64,000 nt of DNA, taken from NCBI GenBank assembly GCA_008690995.1, contig VRMN01000006.1, positions 620,001-684,000 on the forward strand, in the 5' to 3' direction. The stretch comes from Porphyridium purpureum (lineage: Eukaryota). Positions 41,398 through 52,480 of this stretch are shown here, one piece after another. A model generated the notes under the pieces. The model saw only the letters and a list, made by a program, of their open reading frames with translations. It ran no database searches and was not told the DNA's origin. The stretch's first letter is position 1, and each line of letters opens with the position of its first letter. The position numbers were made by a program, and so were the translations under genes.

Positions 41398-41653
41398 GTT
41401 GCCGCTGGATATACTCGCCTCTGCTTTCCCCTCTGCTCTCCCCCTTTGTTCCTTCGCGCTTGGATTTATTGTCGGGTAAATGACACGCCGCATGAAGCGC
41501 TGCCCGGTTTCGCGGTCTGAAGTTCATTCATTGTCGCTGCTAAATTTGGCGCAGCTCGTTGGCTTTTTTTCTTTGTTGAGGGGTAAATAAAAAGAAGAAG
41601 CGCGGATCGCAAGGTCAAAGGTAAAGCCAACACAGGTTTTGTAGGTTCGGTAC

Positions 41654-44446
41654 TTAATTCTCCTCGTCGTCGGAACTTGAGCTGGCGAGCGCCTCGCTTT
41701 CAGATGATGACTCAGCTTGGTCGCTGAGTTCCAGCTGTGCGACATGGTCGCTCTCGTCTTCGCTGTCCATGGAAGGAACCGCCGCGATGGCGCCGGCTGG
41801 GCCTTTGGCGTGCAAATCTCCGACGTCTTTTCTGGAAGCGCGCGGCGCGGCACGCATGAGTGCGTCTGTGTCTGCTTCGGCGGCAGTGTCATCATCATGA
41901 ACGTCGTCTTCTTCTGCATAACTGGAATGCGCGCCACCGAGACGCCCGACCAGATCTGCATCCGTTTTGACGCTCGCATCCAAAATTGCGCTGCGCTGCG
42001 CGGTCGCGCGCATTTCGGCCTCGTACCAGCATTCCATGGGCAGCTTTTTCGCCTTACTGACCACTGCAAACTCAGCATTACTGAGAAACACGCGAAGGTT
42101 CTCCTTCTGGCTCGCGCTCTGCTGCGGAGGGGCTGCATTTGTCAAAGCGCCGAAAATAGAGTTCGGTCCTTGCTTTAAAGCAGCACGTGCACGCGTCACG
42201 AGTTCGCTCTGCTCCTCTACTGCACGTATCAAATCCCTCACAAACTCTTTTAGCTCCGCATGCTTGCAATCTTTGGCCAACGGCCGCAGCGCGCGAAGCG
42301 CCGGGTGCGCGAGTTCCGGGAAGGCCGGTGAGCGCGCCATGGTATTCAAGTGTGCACCCAGCAAATACGCGAATCGGTGCACGACCGAACGCGCAAAGAC
42401 AGCCGATTGCTGGTCATCCGCGCTGGCACGAAGAACAAAGCGCCAATCGTATGTATCCCGCAACGCGCTCATACCCTGTTTCCTCTTCTTCGACGTGCGT
42501 TGCTGCTGGTCAGCCGCGCTCAAGGCACGCTTGCGCAGTGAAGCATTCCGATCCAAAAGCGCCACGCAAGACGCAGACAACGGGATGTAGACACCCGTGT
42601 TGGCCTCCAGATCAACCAAGAACCCAATCACATGAAACTGAACGCCGACGTTCCGCGGGCCGCTCGCTGCGCGTACGAGTTCCAGCGAAACTTGTACGTA
42701 CGGGTAAATGAGCGGCCGTAGCTGGTTCTGCAGCGGGAACTCGCACAAAATCGAACCGATCACTCTAAGGATGTTCACCACGTTCCAGCTAAACATCCGC
42801 TGCATCTTGTCCTCCGTGCGATTGTTCTTGGTCTTTTCTGTCGAGTTTTTGGTAGCCAAAGAAGCCGAACTGATTGCGCTTTTGATCTGGACCGCCAGCT
42901 CGCGCACATAGGTGAACACCAGCGCGTAGCTCACTTCCAAGTCAACGCCAAAAACTTGCGTAATACATTTGCACGAAAAAAGCAGCCTTGCGATATTTCG
43001 AGAACTTGCAGCGGCACGCCCAAGCTCCCTTGACGCAACGAAAGAGCGAAACATGCTCTTGGCCACACGCTCTGCGTATAGAGCATCATGCGCCGCAGCA
43101 GCGGAAAGGAGGAAAAGGAACGCTCGCATGGCCGTTGCGTCCGAAACGGCCAGCGTGGCCCACACGCGGCATGCGGACCGAATGCAGCGGAAAGCCAGTT
43201 TGGGAATTGCCTTGAAGAATGGAGTGAGCCGTGCGTAGCTTTGCAGAATCCTGCGAGTCAGACGTGCGTCTGACACTACCTCAAGAAAACGAACCAGGTC
43301 CAGTCCAAAGAACTTGATCACTGGCTCGAACTTGTTCCACTGGACATTTTCCGTTGGATCCACCCCTGAACCTGCCTTTTGAGCTGACGCGCCGCGGCGG
43401 GTTAGCAGCGCTGTTTCAAAGCAGTCCAGCATCTTGAACCACGAGAATGTGACAGCGCGACGATACACTTTCTCGGACGCAAAACGAATTAGCACAGATC
43501 CGCGAGCTCCTGCACGACCGCCCTGCAGCCCCAATTCCATGTCTTCTTCTGCAGAATTTTCCTCTTCCTCACTGCCATCGTCAGTCGACGTACCCGCATC
43601 CTGGTCGTCCGATTCGGATCCATCGTCCTGGCGCCTACCACGCTTCTTGGCCTTCGTCTTGGTTTTGGTCTTGCTTTTACGCTTACCTCCGCCTGCAACC
43701 GACACGCCTCGCTCTGCAATATCCACACCCGCACGAAAGACATGGAGCATGCGTTTGCACGCCTTGTTGAAAACATCTGGGCGGGTCCGCCCACTCGAAA
43801 TTTCCATTTCCAGCTTTTGCAAGTCAGCCATGGTCAACAATGGGACTGGAAGTTGCTCGGATTTAGCTTTTGCATCAGCGAGCCGGGATTGCTTCCGCGC
43901 CGCCTTTCCTTCTTGTGGACCGTCACTATCACTATCTCCATCTCCTTGCGTGCCGTCCAGCTCGCCGTCAGACGACGAAAGATGAAAGTCGAGCAGCTCT
44001 TTGTCATTCTCTTTCAAAAATTCATAAAACTCAGGGTCAGCTTCATGCAGCTGCTGCAGCTGCGCCTCGTGGTCACGCTCGTCCAGGTCGTCGTCGTCAC
44101 TGCCACTGCCGCCACCACCATTTCCTCCCTCGTCCACCATTTTCCCTATCATGCCATCGTTCTTCCCGTTTCGCTTCCGCGAGTTTCCAAGCTCACTTCG
44201 ACTCCGTCTCCCGGGCGCAGCATCCGATCCTGACGCGCGCATCTGTTGCAATTCCCGTGCCTCACTGCCTGTCCCAGCGTCCACTCCAGGCGCCACATTC
44301 CCATCTCCCGGGCGCTTCTGCCGCTGCTGCTGCTGCTGCTGCTGATGCCGCCGCCGCGCTTTCAGCATCAGGCGCGCGCGCGCGCGATCTGTATTCACCA
44401 CCATCACGCCCACAGTCCCTCCCAAACCTCTTCCTCGTTCTCTCAT
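41654..44446 (-). CDS. NOC2: Nucleolar complex protein 2 (NOC2/NOC2L)
   Basis: LQQLHEADPEFYEFLKENDKELLDF, FTYVRELAVQIK, LRPLIYPYVQV, SPAFPEL. Start uncertain (alternative ATGs at 44404 and 44368). Confidence 0.92.
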   Translation of the reverse strand: MRERGRGLGGTVGVMVVNTDRARARLMLKARRRHQQQQQQQRQKRPGDGNVAPGVDAGTGSEARELQQMRASGSDAAPGRRSRSELGNSRKRNGKNDGMIGKMVDEGGNGGGGSGSDDDDLDERDHEAQLQQLHEADPEFYEFLKENDKELLDFHLSSSDGELDGTQGDGDSDSDGPQEGKAARKQSRLADAKAKSEQLPVPLLTMADLQKLEMEISSGRTRPDVFNKACKRMLHVFRAGVDIAERGVSVAGGGKRKSKTKTKTKAKKRGRRQDDGSESDDQDAGTSTDDGSEEEENSAEEDMELGLQGGRAGARGSVLIRFASEKVYRRAVTFSWFKMLDCFETALLTRRGASAQKAGSGVDPTENVQWNKFEPVIKFFGLDLVRFLEVVSDARLTRRILQSYARLTPFFKAIPKLAFRCIRSACRVWATLAVSDATAMRAFLFLLSAAAAHDALYAERVAKSMFRSFVASRELGRAAASSRNIARLLFSCKCITQVFGVDLEVSYALVFTYVRELAVQIKSAISSASLATKNSTEKTKNNRTEDKMQRMFSWNVVNILRVIGSILCEFPLQNQLRPLIYPYVQVSLELVRAASGPRNVGVQFHVIGFLVDLEANTGVYIPLSASCVALLDRNASLRKRALSAADQQQRTSKKRKQGMSALRDTYDWRFVLRASADDQQSAVFARSVVHRFAYLLGAHLNTMARSPAFPELAHPALRALRPLAKDCKHAELKEFVRDLIRAVEEQSELVTRARAALKQGPNSIFGALTNAAPPQQSASQKENLRVFLSNAEFAVVSKAKKLPMECWYEAEMRATAQRSAILDASVKTDADLVGRLGGAHSSYAEEDDVHDDDTAAEADTDALMRAAPRASRKDVGDLHAKGPAGAIAAVPSMDSEDESDHVAQLELSDQAESSSESEALASSSSDDEEN

Positions 44447-44616
44447 GCATGCACTTTCACCGCCACTCGGTCGCCGGCCGACCGCGTTCGCCAAAAATTC
44501 GCGTCTTGTTTTTTAACATTTATGTTTAACATATTATTAACAATCTTTTTAAATTAAAAAACAAAACCGGTCGCGCTCGTGTTTTGCGTGTCGCTTGCCG
44601 CTACGTTCCGACGCCG

Positions 44617-44928
44617 CTACTGCTGCTGTTGGTGTTGGTGTTGTTGTTGCTGCTGCTGCTGCTCGGCGCGCGCAATGCGGTATCGAATGGGTCCGCGCGC
44701 AGTCCGCGGGTCCACGCGCTGGTTTTTCTGTAGCACGTGAATGCGACCGTCGTGCGCGAGCTGCGCGCCCTGTTCGCGCACCACCGCCATCAAGCCGCGC
44801 CACGCGTCGTGGTGTCCTTCCGCCAGCCGGCGCGCGCACTCAGACGGACACACGCTCTTCTCGGTGCCGCGCTCTGCGCACATCACCAGAATGCACGCGC
44901 GCACTTGCTCGTCTGACACACATGACAT
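44617..44928 (-). CDS. DUF3253-family small winged-helix protein with a polyQ tail
   Basis: SVCPSECARRL..WRGLMAVVRE..GRIHVLQKNQRVDP..RGPIRYR matches the DUF3253 pattern. Confidence 0.8.
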   Translation of the reverse strand: MSCVSDEQVRACILVMCAERGTEKSVCPSECARRLAEGHHDAWRGLMAVVREQGAQLAHDGRIHVLQKNQRVDPRTARGPIRYRIARAEQQQQQQQHQHQQQQ

Positions 44929-45114
44929 CGAAGGATGCTGATGCTGGCCCACTCAGACTCGCCTTCCTCGCAGAAAAAGGGAAACGTGCGGAAACACCGG
45001 AAGCCGCTGAGTGACTTGAAGGCCACGCGAATGAGTGTCCGCAAGAGGGAGGGAGAACGTCAGGGGAATCGGTCACAGAGAGGGGGGTGAGAGGGCGAAC
45101 GGGGATCGTTTGGG

Positions 45115-47685
45115 ATGGCGCAGGTCCGTGCGATCGTGCCCGGCAAGACGGATGTGCACTCGATGCTGTACTACGCGGCGACGGCGGCGCAGAGTCGGCC
45201 GTTGGAACCGTTGCGCGCGCAGAAGCTGACCAAGGCGTGTGAGAGTATGCAGACTCTGCGCATGGGCATGTATACCGTCTGCGCGGACAGGCAAGGCTTA
45301 CCTGCGTCCGAGATGGCCAAGACAACGCTGCTCAAGTACTTTCGCGCGCTTGATATGGTCGCGGCTCACGTCGACACAGGCAAGCAGACGCGCGTCATGT
45401 TTCGCTGGATGGCCAGTGCGCGCGATCCGAACGAGATGTGCGAGTCGAATCAGATCATCGCGGAGAAGGCCTCCGTGCTTTTCAACCTAGCGTGTTCGTG
45501 TTCACGCATCGGCGAATGGCAGTTTGATTCGCGCGGCACCGACTCGCTGCGCGAGGCCGCGAAAGAGTTTCAGCAGGCCGCCGGTTTCTTCAAGACCTGC
45601 TCGGAAATGCTTGTGCAGCGCTCTGCAGCGAGTGACGATTGGCAAGTGCAGTTTACCAAGTTGTCCATCGATTACGTTCGCGCGCTCGAGATCCTCATGC
45701 TGGGCAACGCGCAGGCCGCGTTCTACGAGGTGGCGACCACGAGCGGTTTGGCGGATGATCAGACAGCGCGCATTGCGGGCGGTGCGCGCAATCTGTTTTT
45801 GCTGTGCTCGCGCAAGCTGGAACAGTGTCCTGAGAAACCCGAGGATCTGTTCATTGCGTGCCAGATTCTCGAGTCGTACTTTGAGGCCGAGCTACAGTCC
45901 AAAATGGCACTGCACCACCGCGCCAACCATGACATGGCGCCCCGACTGACGCGCCTGCAGCTCAGTCTGCATGCGGTTTACCGCGCGCGCGGCTCTCTGC
46001 TGCCCATGTTGCGCTCGACCAGGATGCACTCTAATGGGCTGCTAGACAAGCCCAACTTTATTTCGACGATGGAGAGAAGGCTCGAATTAATCGACAGGGA
46101 GCTGCGCGAGCGGCACGCAATGGCAAAAGACGAAAATGACAAGATTTACTTGGCGGTGCCGGCGTCAAGAGTGGATGATGTCGAGGCGCGCGTTTCAGTC
46201 AAGAGCTCACCGGTGCAGAGCCTGATCGACTCGGTTGAAATCGAGCCCGACGTGATCTCTGGTTTTTCGCAACTCATGTCGGTGGGGAAGTCTGGGCCTG
46301 CGCTCGAGTACGCCAACATGGTGTCACAGATGCTTTCGTCCAAGACGCAGAGCGTCAGCAGCGCTCTCGCGCCTGTTGAGGAGCTGTTGAGCCTAATCCA
46401 TATCCAGAGCGACAAACTGCGCGACCCAAGCGTGCTTGCGACATCTTCGAACGATAGTACACGCCTTACGGCCATGAACGAAGCCAAATTGAAGTCGGCG
46501 CTTGAAGCCGTGAAGGGCGGCGGAATTCAACGCCTGCGCTCGCTGGAGGCCGAGGTAATGGTCCAGTCAGAGGATTGCAAGCGCCACCTGGCAGAAATCC
46601 TAGCAAGTATCAGCCGAGAAGAGGCGGATGACGCAACGCTTTTCCATCAGCTCTCAACAGCAAACGCGACCCTTGCGCAGGACCTTTTGCGCACGCGCCG
46701 CCGGTCGCAGGAAGTTTCTGCGCACTACCGTGCCACGTGCGACCGGATTCGGAGCGAACTGAACGCCGCGGGGCGAGCTGACGAGCAGCTTCGCACTCGG
46801 CTTGCGAGTCACGCCGACATGTTAAGCAAGCTGGAAGACGTCAGCCCTGCCGATCTTGACGTGTCCGCGGTGAGCACGGTCGCGCCGTTCAAGGCAAAAG
46901 CATTGGAGCAAATTGGAGCCGAGATGCGCCTGGCCGAGAGCCTTTCCGACTCGCTTATAGCGAAATGCAAAAAGAGCCTTGAGACGCTCGAATCCATCGC
47001 AGCGGCGGACGAATTGACGTCGGACGAGATTCCGGCAGACGCGAGCAAACGCGCCGAGTTTTTCGCGAAGCGCATGGAGTCTCAGTACGGAAAGGTGCAT
47101 GCGAACATAGCACAGCAGAAACGCGAATTGTTTGATGTGGAGCAACAGTTGATGGGTATCATGGATCGCACACTAGAGCAGAATGCGAGCGGCCGCAACG
47201 CGCTAGAGGAGAAGATTCAGTTGGCCGATGCGTTGGAGGAGAGCGCGTCCGAGTGGGCGACGCTGTGCTCATACCTCAATGAAGGGCTCAAATTTTATGC
47301 CTCGGAAAAGAAAAATTTGGTGAAGCTTGCGCAAGATGTGCTTGTGTTTACTGAAGCCCGAAAGACAGAAGGGGACCAGATTTCGAATGAGCTCAATCGC
47401 CGAATGGCTGGTATGTCGCTGGCGGGAGCGGGGTACCCGCAACATTCTGAACAGGCACCAGCGTCGGGGGCCCATGCGTATGGTCACAATCCGTACGGTC
47501 ACAACCCGTACGGGCAGCCGTCGTCCAATCCTTATTCAGGAATTGCGCCAAGTTTTTCATATCCCGGAGCGGGGCCTGGACAAGGGCAACCGCCGCAGCC
47601 GCCGCACGGAGGTGGTTTTGGAGGATACCAGCCCCCTTCGTACCAGCCATTTTACCCGCAGAATCGCCCGCGGCCACCACCCTAG
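45115..47685 (+). CDS. BRO1/ALIX-family ESCRT-associated protein (Bro1 domain, V domain, Pro-rich tail)
   Basis: EKASVLFNLA, FQQAAGFF, LMLGNAQ, AKDENDKIY, LNEGLKFY, Pro/Tyr/Gly-rich C-terminus. Confidence 0.9.
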   Translation: MAQVRAIVPGKTDVHSMLYYAATAAQSRPLEPLRAQKLTKACESMQTLRMGMYTVCADRQGLPASEMAKTTLLKYFRALDMVAAHVDTGKQTRVMFRWMASARDPNEMCESNQIIAEKASVLFNLACSCSRIGEWQFDSRGTDSLREAAKEFQQAAGFFKTCSEMLVQRSAASDDWQVQFTKLSIDYVRALEILMLGNAQAAFYEVATTSGLADDQTARIAGGARNLFLLCSRKLEQCPEKPEDLFIACQILESYFEAELQSKMALHHRANHDMAPRLTRLQLSLHAVYRARGSLLPMLRSTRMHSNGLLDKPNFISTMERRLELIDRELRERHAMAKDENDKIYLAVPASRVDDVEARVSVKSSPVQSLIDSVEIEPDVISGFSQLMSVGKSGPALEYANMVSQMLSSKTQSVSSALAPVEELLSLIHIQSDKLRDPSVLATSSNDSTRLTAMNEAKLKSALEAVKGGGIQRLRSLEAEVMVQSEDCKRHLAEILASISREEADDATLFHQLSTANATLAQDLLRTRRRSQEVSAHYRATCDRIRSELNAAGRADEQLRTRLASHADMLSKLEDVSPADLDVSAVSTVAPFKAKALEQIGAEMRLAESLSDSLIAKCKKSLETLESIAAADELTSDEIPADASKRAEFFAKRMESQYGKVHANIAQQKRELFDVEQQLMGIMDRTLEQNASGRNALEEKIQLADALEESASEWATLCSYLNEGLKFYASEKKNLVKLAQDVLVFTEARKTEGDQISNELNRRMAGMSLAGAGYPQHSEQAPASGAHAYGHNPYGHNPYGQPSSNPYSGIAPSFSYPGAGPGQGQPPQPPHGGGFGGYQPPSYQPFYPQNRPRPPP

Positions 47686-47852
47686 CCCGTCTGGTGCCAA
47701 AGTGCTATTTGTTGAGATCAGGTAAAAGTGAAGACATTGCACACACAACGCGCAACGCAGTCCCTACATTTTGTTTTTTTTATTTATTCGGCAACGAGGG
47801 AATTTCACTGGAGGTGCCGTTCGTGCACACTCAAGGCATGGTTGTCTCCATT

Positions 47853-49064
47853 TCAGTCCTGCTGGAAAAACGGAAGCGTGGGACTGTTATCCGTCTTGAC
47901 GCCGAGCGTCCGCACACATTGCCACAAGTTTCGCCCGTCCATAAGCTTCTTACCAATCTCCGAACCGCCACGCGTGTCATCACCGGCAAATTCGCTCTTG
48001 CTCGACTGCATCCACTTGATCGTAGCGCGAATATTCTCTTCCAGCTTCTGCACGCCCATACCGGCATAACCGACGCGTATGCTCAAAGACGAACCGCCGC
48101 CGACCATATCGAAGCGCGTGCCGCTTTGCACGGTTCTCAAAAGGTCCGCCAGTTGGCTTGGATTGTTCTTAGCAAGCCGGTTGACGCTGGCGACGATAGG
48201 CACCTTTTTCGTAGAGTAGAATGCCTTGCTCAACAGACTTGGTAGCATGGTCACGACGGCTTCGTCCGCGATGAAAAAATCATGCGACCCGCACAGCTGT
48301 CGTTTGGCCTCAAAAGTCTTGTAACGCTTCTTCAGCTTGCTAACAGCCAGTACGCGATGCACACCATAGTGAAAGTCTCCGCTTTTGAACCATTCGGCGT
48401 CCTGTCCGGCGGCATTTTCCTCGGGACACGACAGCGCCAGCAGCGCGTCCTTTACCTCTCGCTGCGGATCCTTCGTGAACAAGCAGACATCCATGGCGCT
48501 GGCGTTGGGCGCGTGCGGAAGTCGAATCAGTACCGGCGCGGCTGCTTTCTTCAGCGGCAACGCTTTCAAGGTGACTGTCACCCACACGCGTTTCAAGGCG
48601 TCATCGGATATACCTGCGGTGAGCTGCGCACCCAGCAAGTCTTGCGCAGCCGCGCCTGCAACTTTCTGTCGCTTTCGCCTCTGCTCGGCGACCAGTTCCT
48701 GCACTTGCTGCTCCAGTTCCGGGCATTCATGCCGCAACAGCGCGCTCAGCGCCTTGTCGAGCTGCGACGCCATCGCATCAGAACCACAACCGGGCTCAGC
48801 AGTCTCCTTCTTCACCTTCTTCTCATCCTTCTTCTTTGCCGCCGGCGGCTGCTCACCAGCGTCATCGATATGCTCCGTCGCATGCTCTCGACCTGGCGGC
48901 TTGTCGTTGTCGTTCTCGTTGTCGTCGTCGTGATGGCGTGCAGACTTGCGCTTCATTCCCTTTGGCGTCGCCTGCTTGTCCACCACCTTTGAGGACTTTG
49001 CCTTATCCAGCAAAACCTTTGCAGCGGCGCCATTCTCCGCTTCTACGCGCTTCTTCACCCCCAT
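47853..49064 (-). CDS. Ribosomal L1 domain-containing protein (RSL1D1/UTP30-like)
   Basis: IRLPH, VCLFTKDPQ, SKLKKRYKTFEAKRQLCGSHDFFIAD, LLSKAFYSTKKVP, SLSIRVG, VKTDNSPTLP. Confidence 0.9.
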   Translation of the reverse strand: MGVKKRVEAENGAAAKVLLDKAKSSKVVDKQATPKGMKRKSARHHDDDNENDNDKPPGREHATEHIDDAGEQPPAAKKKDEKKVKKETAEPGCGSDAMASQLDKALSALLRHECPELEQQVQELVAEQRRKRQKVAGAAAQDLLGAQLTAGISDDALKRVWVTVTLKALPLKKAAAPVLIRLPHAPNASAMDVCLFTKDPQREVKDALLALSCPEENAAGQDAEWFKSGDFHYGVHRVLAVSKLKKRYKTFEAKRQLCGSHDFFIADEAVVTMLPSLLSKAFYSTKKVPIVASVNRLAKNNPSQLADLLRTVQSGTRFDMVGGGSSLSIRVGYAGMGVQKLEENIRATIKWMQSSKSEFAGDDTRGGSEIGKKLMDGRNLWQCVRTLGVKTDNSPTLPFFQQD

Positions 49065-49309
49065 CACATCCACGCCGCGCCCTGCTCTTTGTCTCTCCCC
49101 ACTCTTCTCCTTCCGTCGTCATCCACCCGTGAGCTTCTGCGCACGCGGCCGCACGGCCGCATGGCTATCGGTTTAACGGCTACTTCGGTTTAAAGGCGTG
49201 AACCAATAAACCAATAAACCAGTAAACCGACCTGTGTGAATGTGGTGAAAGCGGTTCGGCAGAATGCTGGGCGAGGTGGTGAGCGAGGGAGGAGGCGCAG
49301 GGAGTGAGC

Positions 49310-50152
49310 ATGTTCAAGACGCGGAAGCGGAGAGCGGTGAATGGACGCGACGCTGCGGCTGGTGCCCTGCGCGCTGATGCCGGTAGCTGTGGAGAGAATT
49401 CTGCGGAAGTGTCTGAGCCGCGAGCGTGTGAGCTGCGGCTTGGAAGGGATGGCGAGCGGGCGAGTGACGAAGAGGAGGAGCAGGGCGACGAGGATGACAG
49501 ACAGTTGGCAGAGAGATTGATGATGCGGCGGCACGATACTGGTCATAGACGTAAAAGACAGCTTGCTTTTACGAGGCATGTAGGGAAAGCAGATGTATTG
49601 GGGAACATGGACGGAATGGAGGAGGCGCCTCGTGAAGAGGGGAACTCTGGCAGCACGCAGGCCGTCAGGAATACCGAGGCAGAGCTTGAATGGGAGCATG
49701 CGGCCGTCTCCGGACAGAAAAAGAATGCCAAGCATTCGTTTGCGCCTCAGCGGTCGAGTCTGCATATTCGCAACACAGTGACATTCGACTTCCAGCCGCA
49801 TGTGTGCAAGGATTACAAAGAAACCGGATACTGCACGTTTGGGGACGCATGCAAGTTTGCGCACATACGCGGCGACGCAAGCGCACCGCTACGAGTTGCG
49901 AAAAAGAGCGACCCAAAAGCGTCGGAGTCTTCCGGGTGCTGCATATGTCAGAAAGAGCCACGCGAGCCCGTGCAGACCGTGTGTCTGCACACATTTTGTG
50001 AAGGCTGTGCTCTTGCTCGATTCGATTCGGACTCCACATGCGCCACATGTTCCGCCGAGACATACGGCATTTTTAATCGTACACACAGGCCATCAAAACG
50101 GGCATCGAAGCATACTTCCGACAAGGATCATCTGCGTTCCTCCGACATGTAA
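49310..50152 (+). CDS. CWC24: Pre-mRNA splicing factor CWC24/RNF113A (CCCH zinc finger plus RING)
   Basis: FDFQPHVCKDYKETGYCTFGDACKFAHIRGD, then CCICQ..PVQTVCLHTFCEGCA..CATCSAETYGIFN. Confidence 0.93.
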   Translation: MFKTRKRRAVNGRDAAAGALRADAGSCGENSAEVSEPRACELRLGRDGERASDEEEEQGDEDDRQLAERLMMRRHDTGHRRKRQLAFTRHVGKADVLGNMDGMEEAPREEGNSGSTQAVRNTEAELEWEHAAVSGQKKNAKHSFAPQRSSLHIRNTVTFDFQPHVCKDYKETGYCTFGDACKFAHIRGDASAPLRVAKKSDPKASESSGCCICQKEPREPVQTVCLHTFCEGCALARFDSDSTCATCSAETYGIFNRTHRPSKRASKHTSDKDHLRSSDM

Positions 50153-50191
50153 ATGAAATTACGTATACGTTTTCTCCTGCGTCCCGTCCGC

Positions 50192-50761
50192 TCAGATCCC
50201 TTGCTTGGCTAGAATATGCGCAATGATTCCCCGAAATGCTTGCGTGCACATCCCGTACCACGCAAAGGCAGATAACGCGCAGCGCTCGACGCACGCATGA
50301 GACGACAGCAGTTCGTCGCACCCGAACGCGTCGAATCGCGCTGCGCCCGTCGGCGAGCTGAACAGCGGCAAGTAGTTCAGAGGCCACACCAAACGACAGT
50401 CAAACTCCAGCACGGTAAATCTTCTCAGCGCCCACCACAGCAAGAATGGAGACAGTGACGTGACAACGCGCAGAATCCTCGATTGGTTGCCTTGCTTGAA
50501 GCGAACGAGATCTGTTGCGCGCCGTTCATTCAACGTCTCGAGCTGCTTCTCCAGGTCCGCGACAATCCGCATAACCTTTGAGTGCTGCACAAACGTCGCG
50601 ACAGTATTCAGACTCTCAGCGCGTGCGCGCTGCTCTGCGAGATCTGCCTTGAGTCTTCGCGCTCTTTCATCGTACTTACGTTTCAATTGCACCACACTCA
50701 CCAGCTGCGCGCCCGAACCCAACACCACCAGAGCCAAGCTTATCACAAGCACCCATTCCAT
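50192..50761 (-). CDS. GET1: GET1/WRB-like tail-anchored protein insertase subunit
   Basis: TM1, then a coiled coil (AESLNTVATFVQHSKVMRIVADLEKQL), TM2, LVWPLNY..SSP and a C-terminal LSAFAWYGMC helix. This is the Get1 topology. Confidence 0.7.
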   Translation of the reverse strand: MEWVLVISLALVVLGSGAQLVSVVQLKRKYDERARRLKADLAEQRARAESLNTVATFVQHSKVMRIVADLEKQLETLNERRATDLVRFKQGNQSRILRVVTSLSPFLLWWALRRFTVLEFDCRLVWPLNYLPLFSSPTGAARFDAFGCDELLSSHACVERCALSAFAWYGMCTQAFRGIIAHILAKQGI

Positions 50762-51197
50762 GGCGTGCGGACCTTGTAATGCCGTCCATGGCGCCCATGC
50801 CGTTCCAATCGTCATCATCCTCATCTTCTTCCTCGTCTTCTTCGTCCTCTTCCTCTTTGCCACACAAGCTCCGCAAAACCTCAAGAAAGAAGCGAAAGAG
50901 GTACAGTTACATCATAGTAAAATGGGATATTGTGATAGTGTACAGCGGTTGAAGATGCACGTCAATGTTCGAGCACGGAAAGATACTGGTGGCGCGTGAC
51001 GAACTGGTTTCAGCTCGAAGGTTGACAATCAACGGCGTCCGTCTTCATGACAGACGGGCTTCGTGGTCTGCGCGTTGGAAGCCTGCCACAGCGCGCGTCT
51101 CGCTCAGCTTCAGTGCGGCCACCGCCCGGACATTCGTTCTCACGCAGTTGAATTCGGCGCATTGGGTCATCGACAAGGTTGGCGAGATTCGGGTGTT

Positions 51198-51869
51198 ATG
51201 GCTCCCCCAGATGCAGAGGAGGAACAATGGCGGCGGTTGGAGACGCATATGAGTTTGCTGGGAAGGCAAGTGGATGCCTCGCGCGAGGCGCTGATGTTGG
51301 GCCCGGCAAATGGCGTGGCGCAGCGTGAACTGCAGCGTGATGTGCCAGCGCTGGCAGGGTTGATGGCAAGGTGCGATGCGTGGCTCGGGTCAAATGGCGA
51401 TGCGCTGGACAAGACGGAGCGCACGCGCCGAACACAACTGGTGGATGGAGCGCGCGTGAGATGCTCAGCAGCGTCGGTCCGGCTGCATGGCGTATCGCAG
51501 TACGGCGCAGTGAACACAGTTTATGAAACGTCCGAACAAGAACACCAGCTCAAGATCCTGGTGGAAAAGCAGCGACGCGTAATGATGCAGCACGATGCGC
51601 AGGTTGGCGGACCGCTCATGTCTCAGGTGCGAAATATCAAGGACATTGCGCTGGCGACGCATTCCGAGGTCTCGGAGCAGAACGCATTGCTTGACAAGAT
51701 GGATCTAGAGACAGGCCAGGCCGCGAGCCGGGTCGCGGTTGCGAGACAAGAGGCAGAGCAGCTCAAACACAAGAACTCATTCTATACGCTGAAGAATTTT
51801 TGCGTGCTCACAGGCGTCAGCGTCGCCGTGGTGGTCATCGGAGGCTACGTGCTGCTTCGTCATCTGTAA
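51198..51869 (+). CDS. Qc-SNARE (syntaxin-6/8-like)
   Basis: SNARE heptad QHDAQV..IKDIALATHSEVSEQNALLDKMD with a central Q, and C-terminal TM VLTGVSVAVVVIGGYVLL. Confidence 0.8.
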   Translation: MAPPDAEEEQWRRLETHMSLLGRQVDASREALMLGPANGVAQRELQRDVPALAGLMARCDAWLGSNGDALDKTERTRRTQLVDGARVRCSAASVRLHGVSQYGAVNTVYETSEQEHQLKILVEKQRRVMMQHDAQVGGPLMSQVRNIKDIALATHSEVSEQNALLDKMDLETGQAASRVAVARQEAEQLKHKNSFYTLKNFCVLTGVSVAVVVIGGYVLLRHL

Positions 51870-52480
51870 TGGCACTCCGGGGCGAAAGCAGCTCGAGCAG
51901 GTCAGACAAAACCAAAAGAAGAAGAAGAAGAAGAAGAAGAAGCAATATGGCAAGCAAAGAAATGGATGGCAGTTGAGCGCTTGACGGCCCTGTGCATGGT
52001 TCTCTACACGCGAGACACTGGGGATCCGACGCGACCTTCCAAATTCCCCATCATGGCTGTCATTGACTGGTTGATGCGCTGCACGCGACGCTGCAGAACG
52101 CATCGACAATGCTCGTTATGCTTTCGCAAGTTGCTCGAGCATTCGTCGAGGCGTGCTAGCAAGGCGTGTATTTGTTCCAAATGTACCCACACATGCTGCA
52201 CGAAGCACTCGTGCATAGCTAAACGCGCTCATGTTCGCAGACAGACACACACGTATGCAATTTGTTTCCCGTCAGTCTCGTCACGTTCGTCTGTCGCTCG
52301 TCGATAGAACTTTCACCTCACCCTTGCACCAGACTCGCCACGTGCGCGCCGTACCTTGCAAAATCTCTGGAATCCCGCCGCCGCCGCTGCTCATGCATGC
52401 AGCAGCTTCGTCGGCGCTCATGTGCGGACACGGAATCATCATGTTATGCTCCATCGCCTCTGCTTGGTCGACAAACGATT

